Source: Octopus vulgaris (lineage: Eukaryota). Taken from it: 64,000 nucleotides of DNA. Positions 1 through 11,921 of this stretch are shown in pieces. The stretch is from contig OX597823.1 in the NCBI GenBank assembly GCA_951406725.2, positions 60,264,001 through 60,328,000 on the forward strand. The letters are read 5' to 3'. Position numbers and translations under genes: made by a program. The stretch's first letter is position 1; each line of letters opens with the position of its first letter. The notes beneath the pieces were generated by a model. It had not been told where the DNA came from. It was given only the letters and a program-made list of their open reading frames with translations, and ran no database searches.

Positions 1-60
1 AAGCTGGTAGACTTGATAGCATGCAGGGCAGTATTTTGTCCGTCTTCATGCTCTGAGTTC

Positions 61-231
61 TGCAAAAGTCAGCATTACCTGGAACTGCACACATATTGCA
101 TAAAGTACTGTCTGTCTGAGGTCCTTGTTGTGACTTGACAAACAGTACAAACCCTCGATAAACACAATATCTTCAATCAACAGCCTTATGATACTGTATG
201 CTGTGCAATGTCTAAAATAATAATATTAATG

Positions 232-292
<61 letters not shown>

Positions 293-308
293 TTATAATA
301 ACAATAAT
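61..308 (+). mobile_element. 3' end of R4/Dong-type (RLE) non-LTR retrotransposon running into a (TAA)n tract
   Basis: Translates QKSALPGTAHILHKVLSV*, the typical QK..LLGTA.ILR.VL C-terminus of R4/Dong ORFs; short 3' UTR then (TAA)n at 216-308. Confidence 0.7.
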
Positions 309-309
309 C

Positions 310-492
310 CTTTCTACTAAAGGCACAAAGCTTGAAATTTTGTGGGAGGATGCTAGTCGATTACATTAACCCCAGTTTTTCACTGGTACTAAAAAGGATG
401 AAAGGCAAAGATGACCTCAGCAGAATTTAAATGCAGAATGTAACAATGGATGAAATGCTGGTGTGCTAATGATTCTGCCAGCTCACCACCTT
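310..492 (-). mobile_element. SINE family B (tRNA head + Meta/MESC-like core), degenerate
   Basis: Shares AAAGGATGAAAGGCAAAG...CTCAGCAGAATTT and GATTCTGCCAGCTCACC with better copies at 13550, 41544, 47281. Confidence 0.7.
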
Positions 493-504
493 ATTGATAA
501 TAAT

Positions 505-937
505 AAGCAACATCACTTTTCCTTATAACAATTATAGATAAGGGAAAGTGAAGTTGCTTACTGATCAACAGGTCATGCCTATTTGATTCCAGGATCATAA
601 CAAAAGAGGAGGAAAACCAAAAAAATTACAATCCCTTAAAATTTGAAATAGGAAGAATTTGGAGCATTGGAGCAGTAAAGGCCATGCCTATGATACTTAA
701 TCCATTGGGAACAGTAAGCAAAGATACAGACAAATAGCTCAAGGAGATTGGAATAGAATACTCAGTAGAGCTCCTACAAAAAGTTTGTCTCTTTGGAACA
801 GCAAGGATTATCAGGAGGGTTCTTAGCACTCGAAAGACTTATGAAAACTTCTGGCTACCTCAGGTTACAGGTTACCTGCTACCCACATACATCCTACCAG
901 GAATAAGATCAAACTTGAACCAAACCAAAATAATAAT
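505..937 (+). mobile_element. R4/Dong-type LINE 3' fragment (RLE endonuclease C-terminus), decayed
   Basis: Frame gives ...PLKFEIGRIW...PLGTVSKDTDK*LKEIGIEYSVELLQKVCLFGTARIIRRVLST; ends at TAA repeats. Confidence 0.7.
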
Positions 938-938
938 A

Positions 939-1302
939 AGAGCACTCAGTGAGTGCAAACCTCCACCAAGGCAACACCAATGTCCTCTCAGCAATTAGCC
1001 AGAGAGGATTTTTAAAATGACAATATCTGAAATAAACTTGACTGCTCTCACAAATGAGAATACAAAAAATAAAACTGACTGCTCTCAAAATTTAAATAAA
1101 AAACAGGGAAAGTAATCCAGAATCTTTGTCCGGTACTGGATCAATCCCAAAATCTAATCCATTCATGCCAGTCAAGAGGCCAAATATCTCTGAAAGTTTC
1201 ATTCGAATCCATCCAGCAGTTCTTGAGATATCTTGTCCATGGACAAAAAAAAAAAAATCATGACTGAAAACAATACCTCTGCCTTCGCTAAGGCAGAGGT
1301 AA
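939..1302 (+). mobile_element. Helentron-associated (HINE-like) non-autonomous element
   Basis: 3' terminal perfect hairpin ACCTCTGCCTT-CGCT-AAGGCAGAGGT preceded by GAAAACAAT; related subterminal motif ACCTCCACCAAGG near the 5' end. Confidence 0.5.
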
Positions 1303-1590
1303 TAATAATAATCATGAGCTTATTGTATACAATACCAGTACTCAGATGTACTACATCTCATCAGAAGAAAGGCAAAAGTGGGGACAGAAAGTGGCAATAA
1401 GTCAAGTGAAGGTAGCAGTGAAAGCCAACAGTACAAACACAGTACACAGATAAAATATAATAAAAGCCAGTAAGATTGTAAGTTAGCCAGTATTGGTTAC
1501 GCAACATGCTAGAAACAGCAGCTAAATTTTTTTATATCACACACTTTAAAATTAATGAAATAGCACATTTGATAGTGTGATCTTACATAC

Positions 1591-2010
1591 AGGCGCAGGA
1601 GTGACTGTGTGGTAAGTAGCTTGTTTACCAACCACATGGTTCCGGGTTCAGTCCCACTGCATGGCACCTTGGGCAAGTGTCTTCTACTATAGCCTCGGGC
1701 CGACCAAAGCCTTGTGAGTGGATTTGGTAGACGGAAACTGAAAGAAGCCTATCGTATATATATATATATATATATATATATGCGTGTGTGTGTTTGTGTG
1801 TCTGTGTTTGTCCCCCTAGCATTGCTTGACAACCGATGCTGGTGTGTTTATGTCCCCGTTACTTAGCGGTTCAACAAAAGAGACTGATAGAATAAGTACT
1901 GGGCTTACAAAAGAATAAGTCCCGGGTTCGAGTTGCTCGATTAAAGGCGGTGCTCCAGCATGGCCGCAGTCAAAAATGACTGAAACAAGTATAAGAGAGT
2001 ATAAGAGAGT
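1591..2010 (+). mobile_element. SINE family A, full length (tRNA-like head, CORE-like box, internal (TA)n/(TG)n, AAAAGAGT-type tail)
   Basis: A/B-box-like head (TGTGTGGTAAG...GGTTCAGTCCC), GCACCTTGGGCAAGT box, tail ...ATGACTGAAACAAGT; more than 20 related copies or fragments in the window. Confidence 0.9.
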
Positions 2011-2084
2011 ATGTTTAAAAATGTTGGAACATCTTTGACATTGTTCTACATCATCAAGGGTGATCTGGAGTTAGAAAAGGAAGG

Positions 2085-2712
2085 TGTAAGAAAGTTTGAT
2101 TCCCAACCACATAGTTCTGGGTTCATTTTCCCTGAGTGGCATTTTGGTCAAGAAGTGTCTTCTACTATAGCTCCAGACTGACCAAAAATCTTTGAGAATC
2201 TATCTGGTAGACAAAAACTGAAAGGAGCCCATCGTATATATATATATATATATATATATATAGGAGAGGAAAAATTATAAAAAGCAGAATGCTAAATTGA
2301 AGGTAAATTTTAATAAAAATGGGTGTATGCAAAATTAAAAAAGTAATAACTCTAACTGGTTTTCATCGCAAAGCAAATTTTCAAGATTTGAAAGGTGAAA
2401 AGAAATTTTTTTTAAATTGACGAAGGGGAAAAAAGAAATTTACAATGTTTTTTTAAAAAAAAATAATAATAATAAATAATATACCGATACATTGTAGAGT
2501 CTTTATGTTTTTTGAGTTCAATAATAGTTTTTGGAAAAATGTCTTTGGAGGATTAAGATCCATGTGATTAAACGTGGTGCTTAGTTTAAGGTGTTTATAT
2601 ATATATATATATATATATATATCACTGAAACGAGCCATATATATGTATATATATATATATATATATCATATAATGTGTGTATGGTGTGTGTAGTGAGTGT
2701 GTGTGTGTGTAG

Positions 2713-2758
<46 letters not shown>

Positions 2759-2930
2759 CACTACCTGACAATGGTTTTTTACATCCCTGTAACTTAATGG
2801 TTCAACAATGTGATTGATTAAAAAAAATATGTACTGGGGGTAATTTGTTCAACTAAGCTCTTAAAGACAGTGCTCCAGTATGGCCATGCTCTAATGACTG
2901 AAGCAAGTATAACAGAAACAAAAAGATATC
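2085..2930 (+). mobile_element. Degenerate SINE A split by a PLE-like insert (about 2262-2640) in its internal (TA)n
   Basis: Head half 2085-2260, tail half 2700-2930; the intervening unique segment carries an HHR-like motif. Confidence 0.6.
2347..2390 (-). ncRNA. Degenerate minimal hammerhead motif, U3:A8 core
   Basis: Minus strand: AAAUC UUGAAAA U UUGC UUU GCGA U GAAA A CCAG UUA GAGUU. Confidence 0.4.
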
Positions 2931-3179
2931 ATTATCATTATTCATTTTTTTCCCCCCCTTTGTTTAAGAAGACACCACTAAACCTGCTGAAATGAGCATG
3001 TTAATCTTTGACTAATTAATCTTCTTTTCGCCTAATTACCTAATTACATCTGATTACATGCTCTTGTATATCATTAATACCATATTCTCGTTTTAGACTT
3101 AATTCCGGTATTCTTCAATTCTCAGTTGTTTTTTTGTTTTTGTTTCTTTTTCTTTTTATTTTTATCTAACATTATTTAG

Positions 3180-3220
3180 ACGAGTGACGAAGAATTAGAT
3201 TAATAATCGCCTCACTTCTT
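3180..3220 (+). other. Candidate 41-nt exon (stops in all frames)
   Basis: Long polypyrimidine tract, CTAAC at 3166-3170, TTTAG acceptor, GTGAGT donor at 3221. Confidence 0.3.
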
Positions 3221-3927
3221 GTGAGTAAGAAACCTGAATCAATATTTGCTAATGTTGAATGTTCTTTTTCTTTTTGTCTTTGATTCCCTTCAGTTTTGTA
3301 TTTAATATCTTCATTAATTTTTTTTTTTCCTCTTAACCAATCAACCTTTCAGAATTAATTTCCGATTTTGGAATAAACTTGATGAGGTTACTTAACTGAC
3401 TACAGCTTTTCTCGCCATTCCCCTAAGCTGCCGCTCTTTATGTCTTACTTTTCTTACTATTTTCCATTTTATTTTTGTTTCTGTTTTGTTTTTCTTCCTT
3501 TGCTTTCCCAGTAAATCGTTACTGTACCTTATTATCACTATCTTACAGCTAATTATCCTAAATTATACAAATGTCAATTAATTCATCAGTTTCTCACAAA
3601 CTACTTTTAAAGTGAATGTTCCACATGATATCGTTATAGTAGTAGTAGCTTATTACATATGCAATTAAATGTATTCATTTTTTTTTTATATCAACCCATA
3701 TGAGACCACCACCACTAGATCTGAAAAAGAAATTTTCACATTTTAAAGCACTCAAAGTAAATTCATTTGCTACCATATTTCTGCTATATTTATTCTCACT
3801 GCTTTTGTCGCAATTAATTTTTGAATATCATGTATAATTTAGTAAAATTTTTATGTCCTTATTAATTTGGTGTTTGAAACCTTAATTAATATAAGATGAT
3901 GACTGGAAGTTTTAATCCAGATTACGT

Positions 3928-4765
3928 TATGAGGTGATATCAAAAAGTCCCTGGACTAGTTCTGTTGTGCACTAACAGATGGCAGCACCTGGTTGCATGT
4001 GCCATGAGAACTACCAGTAACCTTCATGAGACAATGTGTTTTGGGGATCACATGTATGCTGTAGTCTGTAAATTTATCATGGACAGGAACAAAGGACTAG
4101 CATGAAATTTTGTGTTAAGCTTGGGAAGTCTGCTACAGAGACAGTTGAGCATGCTTCAGCAAGCTTATGGCGATGAGGCAGTGGGTCGTACACAATGTTC
4201 TGAATGGTATGGGTGCTTCGAAAGCAGAAAAATGTCCCTGGAAGCCAATGACCAATCTGGAAGATCTTCCACAAGTGTCACCCCACCCCCCAGAAATCTG
4301 GTATCCTGCATCGAGAATTTGTCCCCCAGGACCAGACCATTAATCGAGAGTTCTGCTGTGACGTTTTAAAGTCTTCGAGGGAGGACATTCAGTAAGAGCA
4401 ACCAGATCTGTAGAGTGTGAAGTAGTGGATTCTTCACTGAGCCCTCCCAACTCAGGAATTTCTCACCAAACGCAACATGATGTTGCTTCCATACTCACCT
4501 TATGCACCAGATCTAGCACCTGCAGACTTCGTCTCTTCTCCAAGAAGCTCAAAGGTTGCCATTTTAACACTGTTATTGAGGTCAAGAGCAAATTGCAGAA
4601 GATACTCAACTCACAGAAAACAGCTCCCAGGCCAGATTCCAAAAGTGGTAGGAAGGCTGTGACGGGTATAATGCTGCACAAGGTGACTATTTCAAAGTTA
4701 TCAAGTAAATAAGCTATTTTGTATCAAACATAACTTGTCTAGGAACTTTTTGATACTACATTGTA
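3928..4765 (+). mobile_element. Internally deleted mariner DNA transposon
   Basis: TA-flanked imperfect TIRs (TATCAAAAAGT core); N-terminal HTH remnant (FCVKLGKSATET / MLQQAYGDEAVGRTQCSEWY...SGRSST) and YAPDLAPADF motif; frameshifts and stops. Confidence 0.9.
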
Positions 4766-4979
4766 AAGCAGGGAGTTTATAACATTGAGACAAGGGGCAG
4801 TCTAAGGTTAAGGGTTAGTCCATATTATTCCATAAGGAGAATAGGGTGGGTTCCTTGGTTTCTCTGGCAGATATACTCTTCCATACATGGGACATTTATC
4901 CATTGCAGCACTTACAAGTTTTTATCAGCTGATTGGACTGGAGTAATGTGGAATGAAATGTTTTGTTCAGGAACAAAAC

Positions 4980-5345
4980 GTGGCACCTTGGGCAAGTGTC
5001 TTCAATTATAGCCTCAGGCCAACCAAAGCCTTGTGAGTGGATTTGGTAGACAGAAACTGAAAGAAGCCCATTGTATATAAATGTATATGTATGTGTGTGT
5101 ATGTGTGTGTGTGTGCATGTGTGTGTATATGCTTGTGTGTCTGTGTTTGTCCCTCCAACATCGCTTGACAACTGATTCTGGTGTACTTACGTCCCCATAA
5201 CTTAGCAGTTCAGCGAAAGAGACTGATAGAATAAGTAGGCTTGTAAAGAATAAATCTTGGGGTCGATTTGCTCGACTAAAGGCGGTGCCCCAGCATGGCC
5301 ACAGTCAAATGACTGAAACAAGTAAAAGAATAAAAGAATAAAAAG
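4980..5345 (+). mobile_element. SINE A, 5'-truncated
   Basis: Matches the 1591 copy from GGCACCTTGGGCAAGT to the tail. Confidence 0.85.
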
Positions 5346-5393
5346 AATATAATCTTTTATTCCTTTATTTGTTTCAGTCATTTGAATGCAGCC

Positions 5394-5450
<57 letters not shown>

Positions 5451-5452
<2 letters not shown>

Positions 5453-5860
5453 AGGAGTGGCTGTGTGGTAAGTACCCTTGCTTACCAACCACATGGTTCC
5501 GGGTTCAGTCCCACTGCGTAGCATCTTGGGCAAGTGTCTTCTGCTATAGCCCCAGGCCGACCAATGTCTTGTGAGTGGATTTGGTAGACGGAAACTGAAA
5601 GAAGCCTGTCGTATATATGAATATATATGTGTGCGTGTATGTTTGTGTGTCTGTGTTTGTCCCCCTAGCATTGCTTGACAACTGATGCTGGTGTGTTTAT
5701 GTCCCCGTCACTTAGCGGTTTGGCAAAAGAGACCGATACAATAAGTACTGGGCTTACATAGAATAAGTACCGGGGTCGAGTTGCTCAACTAAAGGCGGTG
5801 CTCCAGCATGGCCACAGTCAACTGACTGAAACAAGTAAAAGAGTAAAAGAATAAAAGAGT
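5451..5860 (+). mobile_element. SINE A, near full length
   Basis: Colinear with the 1591 copy. Confidence 0.9.
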
Positions 5861-5873
5861 AATATATATGTAT

Positions 5874-5924
<51 letters not shown>

Positions 5925-5937
<13 letters not shown>

Positions 5938-6372
5938 AAATTAGAGACAAAACCACTATTATGCAAATCAAACAAAGAAAGACTTAAGCCAATACATAAA
6001 ATAATTTATATAAATTAAAATTTAACAAATGAATAACCACTACGATCGTTTCGTGTCAGCACATCTTAGACATTCTTCAGGTGGTTTCTAAACCTTCTTA
6101 GCGAGTTCATAGTTTAAAACTCGCTAAGAAGGTTTAAACCACCTGAAGAATGTCTAAGATGTGCTGACACGATCGTAGTGGTTATTCATTTGTTAAATTT
6201 TAATTATATAAATTATTTTATGTATTGGCTTAAGTCTTTCTTTGTTTGATTTGCATAATAGTGGTTTTGTCTCTAATTTATTATAATATAATATTTTACT
6301 ATAAAATTGGATTCAATCTTAAATCTGATTTTTCCTTGTAAATTTGGATTTATTCCCTAATATCTATTATTA
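5925..6372. mobile_element. PLE-type inverted pLTR hairpin (about 180-bp arms, 10-nt spacer) inserted in (TA)n
   Basis: 5925-6107 is the near-perfect reverse complement of 6118-6290; unpaired tail to 6372; each arm carries an HHR motif. Confidence 0.8.
6035..6086 (-). ncRNA. Minimal type I hammerhead ribozyme, canonical core
   Basis: AACCAC CUGAAGA A UGUC-UAAGAUGUGCU-GACA C GAAAC GAUC GUA GUGGUU: 6-bp stem I, 4-bp stem II, palindromic stem III (ACGAUCGU), GUA site. Confidence 0.8.
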
Positions 6373-6406
6373 TGTATATATATATATATATATATATACA
6401 TACATT

Positions 6407-6473
<67 letters not shown>

Positions 6474-6658
6474 ATACGGCTGCATTCAAATGACTGAAGC
6501 AAATAAGAGAATAAAAGATTATATTCTTTTTATTCTTTTATTCTTTTACTTGTTTCAGTCATTTGACTGTGGCCATGCTGGGGCACCGCCTTTAGTCGAG
6601 CAAATCGACCCCAAGATTTATTGCCTTTGGTCGAAACATATCTAAGTTTATCTAAGTG

Positions 6659-6699
<41 letters not shown>

Positions 6700-6717
6700 T
6701 ATATATGTGTGTGTGTG

Positions 6718-6752
<35 letters not shown>

Positions 6753-6757
<5 letters not shown>

Positions 6758-7101
6758 TGCAGCGTGGAAGGTGTTTATGAGCCATTTAAGAAACACACAA
6801 AAGCCGTTCGATTCACTTCAACATTTAAGTTTAATTTGTCAAAATATTTTCGTCGCTAAAATCCGCGACCTGTTCACTGACAAAGTCCGTGCTGCATCTC
6901 AGAGATGCAGCACAGACTTTATCAGTGAACAGGTCGTGGATTTTAGCGACGAAAATATTTTGACAAATTAAACTTAAATGTTGAAGTGAATCGAACGGCT
7001 TTTGTGTGTTTCTTAAATGGCTTATAAACACCTTCCACGCTGCAATTGTTTTCGTTTCAGCACACGATCTCAGATCAAATTACTTGCTATGCGAGTACAT
7101 C

Positions 7102-7105
<4 letters not shown>
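6753..7105. mobile_element. PLE-type inverted pLTR hairpin (148-bp arms, 1-nt spacer) inserted in (TA)n
   Basis: 6753-6900 and 6902-7049 are near-perfect reverse complements; tail to 7105; the ORF track shows mirror peptides on both strands. Confidence 0.8.
6835..6884 (-). ncRNA. Minimal hammerhead variant with G3:C8 core (second copy 6918-6967, +)
   Basis: UUUGUCA GUGAACA G GUCGC-GGAUUUUA-GCGAC GAAA AUAU UU UGACAAA: 7-bp stem I, 5-bp stem II, palindromic AAUAUU stem III. Confidence 0.65.
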
Positions 7106-7143
<38 letters not shown>

Positions 7144-7921
7144 TTTACTCTTTTACTTGTTTCAGTCATTTGCCTGTAGCCCTGCTGGAGCACCGCCTTT
7201 AGTTGATTGAGCATATCGACCACAGGACTTATACTTTGTAAGCCTAGTACTTATTCTACCGGTTCCTTTTGCCGAACTGCTAAGAAGGAGAAAAAAGTCA
7301 TTTATTTTACTAAATCTCATCGAAATTTTGGTAATTTACAAAATCAATCAAAGTACATACACAATTTCTTTATAAATATAGCAATAAAAGAGCTACAGTG
7401 TTGTTAATTAGTCATTACTGGCTTCACACTCCTTGAAACGTTCAGTCCTGTGACTCATACTGTAGACTTTGAAAAATGAAGAAGAGATAATGAAGAGAAG
7501 GAATATATAAAAGACAGCTGATACCAAAAATCAATGATTATTGATCAGCACCCTTTGCTGCTGAAGCAGAGTATTTTGAAATCGAACACAGGAGATAGCA
7601 TGAAGAGGGGAGGCGACGTTGTTATGAACCTCCTGTGGCTGTTATTTTGGGGGTCACTTTCAGTGTCGTCAGTGCCACAGGATCTGCCTGTCTTGTATTG
7701 TCAGCCAAAAGATAAAATTTTGTTCTTATTAGACTTGCTTCAGTTGTTAAACAACAGCTATGCTGGAGCACCAACTTGAACCCTGTAGCATTTAAGCAAG
7801 CCATATCCAGCCAAAATATTCTACCAGCTATATTTTCAAATAAGCTAGATCTGGTTTCTCACACTTACCCAATAATGTCAGTCTAAAAATAAAGAATCAT
7901 ATCTTAAAATCTTGAAGTGAT

Positions 7922-8910
7922 AGGCACAGGAGTGGCTGTGTGATAAGTAGCTTGCTTAACAACCACATGGTCATAGGTTTAGTCCCACTGTGTGGCACCT
8001 TGGGCAAGTGTCTTCGAGCCTCGGGCCAACCAAAGCCTTGTAAGTGGATTTGGTAGACGGAAACTGAAAAAAGCCCGTCGTATATGTATATATGTGTATA
8101 TATGTGTATGTGTATATATGTTTGTGTGTCAGTGTTTGTCCCCACCAACATCGCTTGACAACCAATGCTGGTGTGTTTACATCCCCCGTAACTTAGCGGT
8201 TCAGCAAAAGAGACCAATAGAATAAGTACTAGTCTTACACAAAATAATCTCTGGGGTCGATTTGCTCGACTAAAGGCGGTGCTCCAGCATGGCCACAGTC
8301 AAATGACTGAGACAAGTAAAAGAGAGAGTAAAAGAGAGAGCCATCTTAAAATCTTGAAGATATAGGTGCAAGAGTGGCTGTGTGGTAAGTAGCTTGCTTA
8401 TATATCGGAAGTCAATATGTTCAGGGTGTTGGACTCCTTCCCAAAGGACCAGTTTAGGTTCGCCTTCTGGGGTCCTGAACTGGAACTGGAGCATTGCCTG
8501 TGGGAGGCATACAGCATGGTCGGGGAGGAAGAATAAAGAGGCTTTAGTGCCTAAAATGTTTATTGTATGTTATTGTTTGTAAGAGGCTCAGCGCCTCAAT
8601 TTGTAATGGATTATTAAGTCCAGTAATTGTAAGAACTGAGGTAAGAGGTTTAGTACCTTGCTTTGTTATATATGTATATATGTATAGGTACGTGTGTGTA
8701 TATGTTTGTGTGTCTGTGTTTGTCTCCCCTACATCATTTGACAACTGATACTGATGTGTTTACGTCCCCGTAACTTAGCGTTTCAGCAAAAGAGACCGAT
8801 AGAAAAAGTACTAGGCTTACAAAGAATAAGTCCTGGGGTTGATTTGCTCGACTAAAGGCAGTGCTCCAGCATGGCCACAGTCAAATGACTGAAACAAATA
8901 AAAGAGTAAA
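7922..8910 (+). mobile_element. Two tandem SINE A copies; the second is interrupted at about 8401-8667
   Basis: Full copy 7922-8340; second head 8364-8400 and tail 8670-8910. Confidence 0.8.
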
Positions 8911-9753
8911 AAAATGCATTACATTTGATGGAGCATTCTGAATGCTAAAGAGTTAAGAGTTTAGTTGAACAAATTGACCCCAGTACTTATTCTGTTCAAG
9001 CCTGGTTCTTAATCAACCTTGTCAACCATGCCCACTCCCATGATAAATAATGTGCTGGAGAGACAGAGGAGGAGGAATATGCTGGATCAATGCCGTCATC
9101 GGTTTCGATGGGCTGTCATACACAGCAAAAGTAAGCAGGTAAGCAGCAAATGGACACCCAACCAGAAGGACAGACCTATACCAACAAAAACAAGGACAAC
9201 AACAGAAGAAGCATCCCATGCAATATATATATCACAGTACGAATGCAGCAAAATTCTTTGTCTGTGAACAGATCACAGTTTTGAGTGACAAAAACTTTGA
9301 CACCATTAGACAAGTAAATGTTTGACTAAAGTTGACGGTCTTTACTGTGTTTCTGAATGGCTAACTTGTGTCCAAATATCTTTGATAATAAGTTTGCTTC
9401 AGCAGGTGTAACCTATGGCTCAACAACAACAACAACAGCAGTAAGTCCAGTGTGAAGCCAGTGAGGAAGTCTCTTTGTGGTCGTACAACCTGCTAGAAAT
9501 AGCAGTAAATATGCACTACATGATTTAACATCACCACCTGTACATTGGGTGTCTTTAGTGGAGTCCACTCTTTTGTAAAGGTCCAAGCCAGATTCCCAGT
9601 TTGAGGATAACTTCTTCCTTTCCTTCCATAGTCTTAGACATCCCGAAAATTTCACTAGTGAAGACTGACTAAACCATTAAAAATGAAAACCACACCCTAA
9701 ATTCCTTTAAAAAAAGGAATGATATAATATATAATATAGTTCTTGATACTTGT

Positions 9754-10092
9754 GTGAAGGCGCATGGCTCAGTGGTTAGAGCATTGAGCTTATAATTGTG
9801 AGGTTGTGAGCTCAAATCCCGGACCGGGCAGCATGTTGTGTTCTTGAGCAAGACACTTTATTTCATGTTGCTCCAGTTCATTCAGCTGTAGAAATGAGTT
9901 GCGATGTCATTGGTGCCAAGTTGTATCAGCCTTTGCCTTTCCCTTGGCTAACACTGGTAGTGTGGAGAGGGGAGGCCAGTATGCATGGGCAACTGCTGGT
10001 CTTCCATAAACAACCTTGCCCGGACTTGTGCTTGGGAGGGTAACTTTCTAAGTGCAATCCCTTGGTCTGTGTCATGACCGAAGGGGGTCTCA
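9754..10092 (+). mobile_element. SINE family D (tRNA head + V-domain-like core)
   Basis: TGGCTCAGTGGTTAGAGC A-box, then TGTGTTCTTGAGCAAGACACTTTAT...TTGCTCCAGT; relatives at 15940-16180, 24830-24970, 59300-59670 and 62700-63025 (all minus). Confidence 0.75.
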
Positions 10093-11545
10093 GACTTCCA
10101 AAAAGACAAGATAGCTATGATTGGAATATGTTCAGTCATATGTGTACTCCATCAGGACCAACCTGTTATTTCTGTTTTAGTTTGCACTGATAAGCTGGAA
10201 ACTTCTTTAGGCTTATAAAAGACATGAAGAAACCAGCCCAACATGTCATCCCTCAAATCAGTACTGAAACGCAAAAGTATTCTGAAGCACACTAATAATC
10301 CGACAGGTTATTGGGCAAAACTACTTCAATGTCCTAAATTAATCTCGTCCTTTGTTCTTAAATAATCATCACACAAACACAACATTCCAACATAAGCCGA
10401 AACTCCTCTCAGATGACATACATTGGTTTTGAATATATCAGAATTATAGAATCTTTTAAGAGGTGATAATTAATAACTTTATGGGGAATTTTGACAACTG
10501 AGCTGAATGTAAAACCTATTTCTTGTCTGTATATTTTATTATTATGTAAATTACATACATTGCTCTTCGCAGTTTCTTTCTTTTAGACATCAATATAAAA
10601 TATTTCCTTTTGTGTCTCTTATTATTATTCAATTTTAAAACACAGCTTGTCTGGACTTTACTAAAGTGTTTACTCGTTAGATTTACATGAAGTTAAATGA
10701 ACCCACTTCCACACACCACTTGTAGTGTGTCTCCAGGCTTGGAAGCTATTATTTTCTTCTAGACATCCTTGTTTTGCTTTGTTTATAATTTGTTTGTTTC
10801 CTACACAATTTCCATATAAAACACTCAACCAATATGTCTTCCTTGCAGACTCTGAACTGTTCTGATTTAAAGTGCAGATCAACCAATCAAGGCCTTTTCA
10901 ACTCTGGTGCCTAAAGGCTATGTGTTTGTCACATTTTTCAAAGTGCAACATTAAAAAAACTACAATATAATTACATCTAGAAAGAAACAATGCATAGGAG
11001 AGATTTTCATGTAAAGAATGAGCCATATTGAACTGATAACAAAAAAAAGTGTTTGATGGAAGAAAGCCAGTATAATTATCAAAGAAAACCAAATAAATTG
11101 ATAAATCAGTTCCTTAAACAAGTGATTTATCAAAGTCTCAGATTTCAAAAGCCTAGTCTAGAAGCTTTTTTTCTATGAAGACAATACACAAATTGATTAA
11201 CAATGTACAATGCACCAATCCTACCCTACCATTCCAATAGACACGAACAATGAGAGCAGATAGAGGACTCAGATGTTACATTCTTAATTGCAGAACTGTC
11301 TGCCCAACAATTAAGGAAACTGCTTCAATAGCAAGTCATATAAATAAAGCTTTTGACTTACTATCAATGGCAGCAGAAGTATGCAAGTGCACACAACATG
11401 GGTATGTGGCAGGGTAGTGTAGGTCATCTATGAAATATATAGTTTCATTTCCAGTTCGTTTTGGAATAATTTATTGTCATGTATCAATAAGTAAAATGGA
11501 AAAACGATATATAATACATATATTTAGATACACATATACGTGTGT

Positions 11546-11601
<56 letters not shown>

Positions 11602-11921
11602 GTATATATAGTCTTAATTGCTTTCGTTTTCTTTTTCTTTTTAATAGCTATTTCCTCATTCCAGTGTTATTGTCAACTGATGTATTTTATTATTTACTGC
11701 CATATTGTATTGTTGTTTACTGATGTGTATATTTACTCTTGATAGAGGTCATTGCATCGTCTGCCATTTTGTAAAACTAACCGCCTCCACAAGTCTATAA
11801 AATTCCATAACTAATTTTGTCTGGAAAACCACTTGTAGCATTAACTGTAAACCAATAAGATGGGAATCCTATATAGGTTGAAGCAATGTGTGCGTCTATG
11901 TGTGTACATATATATATATAT

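Noticed and set aside
1625-1822. Recurrent peptide [28 protein letters not shown] as a gene family
   Set aside because: It is the antisense translation of SINE A.
5925-7105. CRISPR-like array or DNA-transposon MITEs
   Set aside because: No repeat-spacer periodicity; one-sided tails and hammerhead motifs fit PLE inverted pLTRs better than TIR elements.
9754-9830. tRNA gene
   Set aside because: tRNA-derived SINE head continuing into a SINE body; no complete cloverleaf.
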